Below are positions 47,031 to 53,573 of a stretch of DNA of 53,573 nucleotides, one piece after another. The DNA lies in contig CALMAQ010000348.1 of assembly GCA_937859745.1 (NCBI GenBank), forward strand, positions 1-53,573, in the 5' to 3' direction. This DNA is from an uncultured Verrucomicrobiota bacterium (lineage in GTDB: Bacteria; Verrucomicrobiota; Verrucomicrobiia; Chthoniobacterales; SZAS-18). A program made the translations under genes and the position numbers. Positions within the stretch are counted from its first letter, which is position 1. Each line of letters begins with the position of its first letter. The notes below the pieces were generated by a model. The model was given only the letters and a program-made list of their open reading frames with translations. It had not been told where the DNA came from and did not search any database.

Positions 47031-47536
47031 GATCCAGAGTTCAAGGACACCTACCGGTGCCCGCTCGGATTCAGTCCCCAACAGCTTTTGACCTACGTGC
47101 ACTGCGGCCTACTCGTCATAGCCGTCCTGCTGTTCGTTCTTTAGTAGGACTCCTGCTGACCGGCCCGGGCGGTGTGCTGCGACCGGCGTTGGAAAATTTA
47201 CAGGGTAGCCGGTTCCAAATGCCGGTACGGTCTACAGGATGTTGGCGCGCTCAGCCGCGGCGACGATGGCGCGGATCGTGCGCTCCGCGTCGCCTTTGAT
47301 CTCGAAAGAGTGTTCCTGGAATGTCCAGAGTGAAGCGCAGCCTGTCACCGGAGCGTACGTGCTCGATGGCGAGGTGGCGCGGCACGAACCGGGCCGGGAG
47401 GGTCGGGCCTAATTTTTCGTGTCCATGGCCTGACCTTGCTCATCGAGCACGCACTCCAGGGCAGCCCGGGCGGGTACAAAGCACATGTCCACGCCTTGGT
47501 GCGGAACCTGGGCAAAGACCACGCCAAGGGAATCGG

Positions 47537-48022
47537 TCAGTTCTTCGTCTTGGACCGCGGTGGTCGCTCGACTCGGCCTCCGTCCCTGGCGCGGTCCGCT
47601 TCTTCGAGCATCTTCGTGGACTGCGCCAGAAAATCGGTGATCGTGCGGAACTCCTCCTCGCTGCAACGCGCGAGCAGCTTCGACATGCGCCGATGCTGCG
47701 GGGCGTACAAACGCTCGATCTCGCCGAGTTTCTTCGGGTTGGCGTGGACGGTGACGCGGCGGCGATCCCGGCGGTCGCGCTGGCGGACGGCGTAGCCCGC
47801 CTGTTCGAGCCGGTCGATCAGGGCGGTCACCGCCGCCCCGGTCAGGCCAGTCTTCGCGCCGAGTTCACCCGGTGACAGGGCTTCTGTCCCCAGCAACTGG
47901 ATGGCCTTGAGGTCAGAGGCGTGCAAGCCGAGCTGATCCGAGAGGCCGGTGTGGTACAGGAACACCCTGGCCACAAACTTCTGGATCAGAGGAATGTAAA
48001 TCCTCATGCGTGGGTTTGACAT
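47537..48022 (-). CDS. MarR-family regulator
   Basis: LSPGELGAKTGLTGAAVTALIDRLEQAGYAVRQRDRRDRRRV. Confidence 0.92.
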   Translation of the reverse strand: MSNPRMRIYIPLIQKFVARVFLYHTGLSDQLGLHASDLKAIQLLGTEALSPGELGAKTGLTGAAVTALIDRLEQAGYAVRQRDRRDRRRVTVHANPKKLGEIERLYAPQHRRMSKLLARCSEEEFRTITDFLAQSTKMLEEADRARDGGRVERPPRSKTKN

Positions 48023-48025
48023 GGG

Positions 48026-48050
48026 ATATATTTAGATTATCTAAACATAT
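48026..48050. promoter_or_regulatory. Palindromic operator, probably bound by MarR
   Basis: ATATATTTAGAT-T-ATCTAAACATAT in the divergent intergenic region. Confidence 0.7.
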
Positions 48051-48092
48051 GATTATCGAATCATCCTGCTATCTGCAACCAAGGAGGGACTC

Positions 48093-49733
48093 GTGGGGAC
48101 GCTGAACACGGAGGGCATTTCGCTCTACTACGAGGCGCTTGGCAAGCCTGAACACCCACCCGTGCTGCTCCTCTCGGGGCTCGGGGGCGTGGGGCAAAGC
48201 TGGGGACCGCAGATCGAGCGTTTTGCCGAACGCTACCACGTCCTCCTGCCCGATCAGCGGGGCACCGGGCAAAGCACCCGCGCCCAGCAGGGCTACACGA
48301 CCGAACAACTCGCCGCCGACATGGCCGCCCTCGTGCGGCACTTGGAACTCGGACCCGTGCATGTCGTCGGTTCCTCGACCGGCGGGGCCATCGCCCAGCA
48401 CATGGCATTGGACCATCCCGAAACCGTCCGCTCCCTCGTGCTGTCGTCCACCTTCGCCCGCTTCGATGCCTTCGCCCAGCGCGAGTTCGCGGTGCGACGC
48501 AGGATCGCGGCGGAATGGGATCGACCAGCGATGTTCGCGGCTTACGCGCTCTTTCTGTTCTGTCCGCGGTACACGCGCGAACACCCCGAGCGGGTGGCGG
48601 CGTGGATCGAGCGCGCCGCCGGCCACCCCGAACGGCCCGGAGACCGCGACATCGCTCTCCAGCGCATCGACATGATCGCGGCGCACGATGCGCTCGCCCG
48701 GCTGCGCGAGATCCGCCAGCCGACGCTCGTGCTTTGCGGCGACCTCAACCTTTGCACGCCGCTGCCCCTCTCGGAGGAAATCGCCCGGGCCATCCCCGGC
48801 GCCGAACTCGTCGTCCTGCCGGATGCGGGCGAACTGATCGAACTGGAGAAGCCAGACCATTTCTTCGACGCCGTGCGCACGTTCATCGCCAAGCATCACG
48901 CAGAGGAGGCGCTCCGGGAAGACGGGGATTTGCAACCGAATCCTGGCGAGCGGTTCGTGCCCGGGCAAGCGCAACCGGGTTCTCCTGCCGGCAACCCACC
49001 CGGGGACGCGGTCGTGAGTAGGTCCATCGAGATTCCCTCGTCCGATGGAACGGGCGCGTTCACCCTGCACATCGCTGAGCCAGCCAGGAAGCCGTGCGCG
49101 GTCATCCTGGTCATCCAGGAAATCTACGGGGTGAACACGGACATCCGCCACAAGTGCGAGCGGCTGGCGCGGCAGGGCTATCTCGCCGTCGCGCCGGACC
49201 TGTTCTGGCGGCTGGAGCCTGGCGTGGCGCTCGACCCTTACGACGCGGCCACCTGGGACCGCGCGATGGCACTGGCAAGGCGCTTCGACACGGAGGCAGG
49301 CGTCCGCGACATCCAGACCACCATCGACGAGGTGAAAAAGTTCGCGGGCCGAGACACGAAGATCGGTCTGATCGGGTATTCCCTTGGTGGCCGGCTGGCA
49401 GCCCTTGCCGTAGCGCGCACGAAGATCGATGCGGCCGTCGGTTACTATGGCGTGCGCATCCAGATCATGCTGGGCGAGGCCGACAAAATCTCCCGCCCGC
49501 TGATGCTTCACATCGCCAGCCTCGACAAGTATGTGGACCAAGACGCGCAGGCTCAACTGCACCGCGCCCTCGACGATCACCCCTTGGTCACGCTGCACGA
49601 TTACACCGACCAGCACCACGACTTTGCCTACGGGTCCGGCACCCTGCGAGCGCGGGAGGCGGCAACGCTCGCCGATCAGCGAACCATGTCGTTCCTGGAG
49701 GCCAAGCTGGGCCTCACTGCCCCGCGACGATAG
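48093..49733 (+). CDS. Tandem fusion of a RutD/PcaD-like alpha/beta hydrolase and a dienelactone-hydrolase-family domain
   Basis: Domain 1: DQRGTGQS and VGSSTGG. Pro/Gly linker. Domain 2: QEIYGVN, APDLFWR, GYSLGG and HDF. Confidence 0.85.
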   Translation: MGTLNTEGISLYYEALGKPEHPPVLLLSGLGGVGQSWGPQIERFAERYHVLLPDQRGTGQSTRAQQGYTTEQLAADMAALVRHLELGPVHVVGSSTGGAIAQHMALDHPETVRSLVLSSTFARFDAFAQREFAVRRRIAAEWDRPAMFAAYALFLFCPRYTREHPERVAAWIERAAGHPERPGDRDIALQRIDMIAAHDALARLREIRQPTLVLCGDLNLCTPLPLSEEIARAIPGAELVVLPDAGELIELEKPDHFFDAVRTFIAKHHAEEALREDGDLQPNPGERFVPGQAQPGSPAGNPPGDAVVSRSIEIPSSDGTGAFTLHIAEPARKPCAVILVIQEIYGVNTDIRHKCERLARQGYLAVAPDLFWRLEPGVALDPYDAATWDRAMALARRFDTEAGVRDIQTTIDEVKKFAGRDTKIGLIGYSLGGRLAALAVARTKIDAAVGYYGVRIQIMLGEADKISRPLMLHIASLDKYVDQDAQAQLHRALDDHPLVTLHDYTDQHHDFAYGSGTLRAREAATLADQRTMSFLEAKLGLTAPRR

Positions 49734-49766
49734 CAACGGCAGATACCTCGGCAGAACCGGTTGACG

Positions 49767-50472
49767 ATGAAGATAATCGCGTTGGAAGAACATGCCGTTC
49801 CGCGCCAGATCAGCGAGGCGTGGACGGCCGCCGCCGCACGGCAGGGTCTCCGCCTCCCACCAGGCGGCAGCCAAGGCCCGCATGAACAGCGACTGGAGGA
49901 TTTGGGTGAACGCCGCCTCTAGGACATGGAGGACAGCGGCGTCGACATGCAGGTGCTGTCGGTTCCATCGTTTCCCATCCATGACTTCGGTCCGAGCGAG
50001 GCTGTGCCGCTCGCCGTGAACTCCAACGATCTGATCGCCTCGGTGGTCGCGGGCCACCCGGACAAGTTCGAGGCGTTTGCGACGCTGCCGGTCACCGATC
50101 CGCACGCTTCTGCCAGCGAACTGGAGCGGGCCGTCACGAAACTCGGCCTGAAAGGCGCTCTGCTTTGCGGGCGCGTCGGGGATCGCAACCATGGACCCCC
50201 GCGACTTCGATGCCATCTACGCGACCGCGGCCCATCTGCGGGTTCCGCTGTACATCCATCCAGGAATCCCGAACCCCGCCGTTGTGAACGCCCACGACAC
50301 GGGCTTCTCGCCGAAGGCGGACGCCCTGTTCGCGCGCAACGCCATCGGCTGGCACTACGAGACCGGCATCCAGGCGCTCCGCATGGTCATGGCCGGGTTG
50401 TTCGACCGCCACCCCAAATTGCAAATCATCCTCGGTCACTGGGGAGAGGTTGTCTTCTTCTATCTCGACCGC
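49767..50472 (+). pseudogene. Amidohydrolase_2 pseudogene
   Basis: MKIIALEEH start, in-frame TAG at 49920, frameshift near 50190, LYIHP and LGHWGE; truncated. Confidence 0.85.
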
Positions 50473-50586
50473 AGGATAGAGGTTGGTGAATGCTACGTGG
50501 CCGATTATGAGTTGATCGCCCTGGCCAAAGGTTTGAACGTCTCCACGGCCTGGTTGCTGGGCGAGACAAACTCGCGCAATAAATAA
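50473..50586 (+). pseudogene. XRE regulator C-terminal fragment
   Basis: RIEVGECYVADYELIALAKGLNVS closely parallels KIELRERCVTDYELIVLARVLSVG in the 7906-8202 protein. Confidence 0.7.
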
Positions 50587-50664
50587 CGTCACGCCCGCCG
50601 TCGGGCCACGTCGAAGACCTAGCCCATATGATGGACGGGAGGTGTATGGGGCAGCAACGTCCAG

Positions 50665-51110
50665 AGTCTGCGGTTGGGCGACTCCGGGCGGCCAGAGGAC
50701 GGTTACGATGGGCGCAACGCTGCGGAGGACATTTACCAACTCGTCGCCGCGCTCGGGTTCAAGCAGATTGACCTCGTCGGTCACGAGGTGGGTGCCTGGG
50801 TGGCCTACGCTTACGCATCGGCCTATCCTGCGGAAGTTCGCCGACTGGTTGTCGCGGACGCGAGCCTGTCGAGCCTCGGCTCGGAACCCGGCGCGATGAT
50901 CTCCACGGCCGTCAACGTGAAGACGTGGCACTTCGCCTTCAACACCCTGCCCGAGTTGCCCGAGGCACTAATCGCCGAGCGCGAGGACGTTTACCTGCAC
51001 TGGCTTTTCGCTCGTAGAGGCTTCCACCCCGAGGACATGGCGGTCTACACGCGCGCCTACCAGCAGCCCGGCGCGATGACGGCCGGGTTCGCTTACTACC
51101 ACACCATCTC
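50665..51110 (+). pseudogene. Epoxide-hydrolase-like alpha/beta hydrolase fragment
   Basis: LRLGDSGRPEDGYD...LVGHEVGAWVAY...WHFAF...AYQQPGAMTAGFAYY; both ends are missing. Confidence 0.75.
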
Positions 51111-51124
51111 CGCGAGAGGCGCGG

Positions 51125-51727
51125 TCAGGCACGGGGGCGCAGGCCCAGGACGATCCGCTCGATGACCTCGCCGACCAGGGTGTCCAGGGGCACGCCCTTG
51201 AACTTGCCGCCGGCGGTAAGGGCGATCAACCCCTGCACGGCCGCGTAGCCCGCCAAACCGATGCGCGCCGGGTCACCGGCCACCACCTCGCCCCGTGCCT
51301 GGCCATCGGTGAAGATCGCCGTCGCCGGGGCAAGCGCCTCCTCGCTGGCTTGCCGCAGCGCGTCCGGCGCGTCCGGCCGCCCCTTGGCCGCGAACATCAA
51401 ACCAAAGAGCACCGGGTGCCGCCGCGCGAAACGGACGTGGACGCGAGCGAACCGGGTCAAACGCGCCTCGAAACCAGCCTCCTTTCCCCGCGCGGCCCGG
51501 GCCAGGGCGGCCCCCAGCCGCTCGAAGCCCCGCTGGGCGAGCGCGTCGAGCAGCGCCTGCCGGTCGGCGAAGTGGCGGCGCGGCGAGGCGTGGCTGACGC
51601 CGATTTCACGGCTGAGTTCACGCAGCGTGAGGTTGCCCGCCCCGATGGTTTCGACGGCCCGCTCGGCCGCTGACAGGAGCGCCTCGCGCAGGTTGCCGTG
51701 GTGGTAGGGACGCCGGGACGTTTTCAT
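51125..51727 (-). CDS. TetR-family regulator
   Basis: YHHGNLREALL...LTLRELSREIGVSHASPRRHF. Confidence 0.93.
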   Translation of the reverse strand: MKTSRRPYHHGNLREALLSAAERAVETIGAGNLTLRELSREIGVSHASPRRHFADRQALLDALAQRGFERLGAALARAARGKEAGFEARLTRFARVHVRFARRHPVLFGLMFAAKGRPDAPDALRQASEEALAPATAIFTDGQARGEVVAGDPARIGLAGYAAVQGLIALTAGGKFKGVPLDTLVGEVIERIVLGLRPRA

Positions 51728-51839
51728 GCCGGGAGTTTACACGCGCGGGCAAGCGCCGCGACCATGTTTGCGTTGACAACATTGTTTTATCTGGCAACAT
51801 CCTCCTGCGCCCGGCCACCATGAACCCAGCCCCACCACC

Positions 51840-52604
51840 ATGAAACTCTCCGACAAAACCGTCCTCATCACCGGCGGCTCCAGCGGCATCGGCCTCGCGC
51901 TCGCCCGCCAACTCCTGGCCCGTGACAACACGGTGCTCGTCACCGGCCGCGACCCCGCCCGGCTCGACGCCGCCCGGCAAGCCTCGCCCGCGCTGCACAC
52001 CTTTCAGAGCGACGCCAGCGACCCCGCCGCCATCGCTGCGCTGCACCGCGAGGTCCTGGCGCGCTTCCCGGCGCTGGACGTGCTCGTCAACAACGCTGGG
52101 ATCATGCGCAACCTCGACCTCAACACGGTGCGCGAACCGCGCGACGTGCTGCGCGAGATCGACATCAACCTGCGCGGCCCGCTGCTGATGACCCAGCAGT
52201 TTTTGCCGCACCTGAAAACCCGTCCGGGCGCCTTGATCGTCAACGTCACCTCCGGGCTGGCCTTCGTCCCTTTACCCCTCTCGCCGGTGTACTGCGCCGC
52301 CAAGGCCGCGCTGCACTCCTACACGCTGTCCCTGCGCGTGCAGTTGCGAGGCACGGGCGTCACGGTCGTCGAACTGGCCCCGCCCGGCACGGAGACGCCG
52401 CTCTTTCGCACCGAATTCGAGCGGGAAATGAAGGGGCAAAAGGCGATGGACCCGGCCGTGCTCGTCAGGAAAGCCATCGCCGGCATCGAGTCCGGCCGAC
52501 TGGAAATCCGCCCTGGCCTGGCCAACGTGCTCAAGGTGATGAGCCGCGTCGCCCCGGCGTTCATGCTCGGGCAGATGGCCAGGATGTCGCGGCTCAAACC
52601 GTGA
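51840..52604 (+). CDS. Short-chain dehydrogenase/reductase (DltE-like)
   Basis: TGGSSGIG, NNAG and YCAAK. Confidence 0.94.
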   Translation: MKLSDKTVLITGGSSGIGLALARQLLARDNTVLVTGRDPARLDAARQASPALHTFQSDASDPAAIAALHREVLARFPALDVLVNNAGIMRNLDLNTVREPRDVLREIDINLRGPLLMTQQFLPHLKTRPGALIVNVTSGLAFVPLPLSPVYCAAKAALHSYTLSLRVQLRGTGVTVVELAPPGTETPLFRTEFEREMKGQKAMDPAVLVRKAIAGIESGRLEIRPGLANVLKVMSRVAPAFMLGQMARMSRLKP

Positions 52605-52671
52605 AGACCAGACCAGGAGGGATCATCCTGCACCACGTCGGCGCGGGAGGAACCCCGACGCGCCCGTGGCT

Positions 52672-53573
52672 TCAGGCTCCGGGCTGTTCCAGGAAATAGC
52701 GCAGGGCCGGAGCGATGAACTCGGTTCGCTCCCAGGTCGGGTGCTGTGCGCGCACCTGCTCTGCCAGTTCGCGCGCCCCTTCCGCCCCGACGGCTTTGCC
52801 CGGGCCGGAGGCGGCCGCCAGCTGGCGGGTGTCTTCCAGGTACGCGCGCACCTGCTCGGCGATCTCCGTGCCGCCCAGGTTGCCGTGGCCGGGCACGACG
52901 ATGCGGGGGGCCTGGGCGGCGATCTTCGTCAGCGCCGTCTGCCAGGTCCGCACGTCGATGTCCGCCCCGGCGATGAGCGGCGGAAAGAACGGCACGATGG
53001 GAAACATGCGTTCCTCGATGAGATCGCCGGCGAACATCACCTTTTGGTCGGGGACCGTGATGACCTGATCGCCCGGACTGTGCGCGGTGCCCAGGGTCCA
53101 GAACTCCACCTGTCGCCCGCCAAGATCCAGGGAAGCGTGGTCGCCCTCGTAAACGTCGTCGGCCAGCGTGACCTTGACCCCGTCCAGCAGCGAACCGTGG
53201 TCGGGCGGCAGCATGGAGCGGAAGCCCACCAGCAACTTTTCGCCGTCGCGCGCCAGGTAATCGCGCTGGAGTTTGTTGTAGTGGATTCTGGCCTGCCCTT
53301 GGAACACCTGCGCGCCGAAGGTGTGTTCGGGGTGCGCGTGCGTGACCGTCAGGATCAACTCGCGCCGGCCCGCGAGGGCGCGCGCGGCCTCCAGCACGTT
53401 GCGCCCGCTCTCGGGGTTGAAGCCGCCGTCGATGACGAGCACGGCCTTGCTGCCCTCGACGATGCCGATGTTGGGCACGAGGGGGGTACGCTTGTCGGGG
53501 ATGAGCCAGACCCCGTCGGCGATCCGGCAGGGAAAGCGCGCGTCCACGATGGGCAAAGGCGGCTCGCTGACGG
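52672..53573 (-). CDS. MBL-fold metallo-hydrolase (start may lie beyond the window)
   Basis: THAHPEH, AHSPGD, FAGDL and VPGHG. Confidence 0.9.
   Translation of the reverse strand, partial: VSEPPLPIVDARFPCRIADGVWLIPDKRTPLVPNIGIVEGSKAVLVIDGGFNPESGRNVLEAARALAGRRELILTVTHAHPEHTFGAQVFQGQARIHYNKLQRDYLARDGEKLLVGFRSMLPPDHGSLLDGVKVTLADDVYEGDHASLDLGGRQVEFWTLGTAHSPGDQVITVPDQKVMFAGDLIEERMFPIVPFFPPLIAGADIDVRTWQTALTKIAAQAPRIVVPGHGNLGGTEIAEQVRAYLEDTRQLAAASGPGKAVGAEGARELAEQVRAQHPTWERTEFIAPALRYFLEQPGA

Noticed and set aside
47050-47530. Possible gene remnants downstream of marR
   Set aside because: Short frames broken by stops; no family could be assigned.
48069-50216. 715-aa minus-strand ORF
   Set aside because: Antisense to the hydrolase fusion and amidohydrolase pseudogene, which carry the real motifs.

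Overview
This 53.6 kb window is high-GC and looks entirely accessory (plasmid or integrated conjugative element). I see no rRNA, tRNA, CRISPR array, rep or korB/parB gene. 0.2-5.1 kb: a lower-GC three-gene operon of a sigma70-region-4 protein, an unknown 219-aa protein and a 1145-aa fusion (ImmA/IrrE-like HEXXH peptidase + UvrD helicase + degenerate 4-Cys PD-(D/E)XK-like domain). This is the best candidate for an uncharacterised system. 5.2-10 kb: a tyrosine recombinase with a core-like site, small unknown and XRE genes, a dnaE2 remnant and a Fic toxin-antitoxin pair. 10-29 kb: a compact IncP-1-like transfer region (traMLK-oriT-traJI(H)G-orf-traFDC running straight into trbBCDEFGIJKL) with five exact KorB-type operators and an RP4-like nic site. 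29-33 kb: an AbiE toxin-antitoxin pair and a translationally coupled tyrosine recombinase + orphan ScpB. 33-53.6 kb: cargo comprising a two-component system, a CMD/beta-propeller/amidohydrolase cluster, two IS630 elements abutting IS1 and IS5 remnants, two PEP-CTERM proteins sharing an identical 124-bp 3' block next to an alkaline-phosphatase-TPR gene, MarR/TetR-regulated hydrolases and oxidoreductases, and several chimeric pseudogenes. The PEP-CTERM genes and a short TPR protein suggest a Verrucomicrobia-like host (inference). All family calls come from motif recognition by eye, not from database searches.
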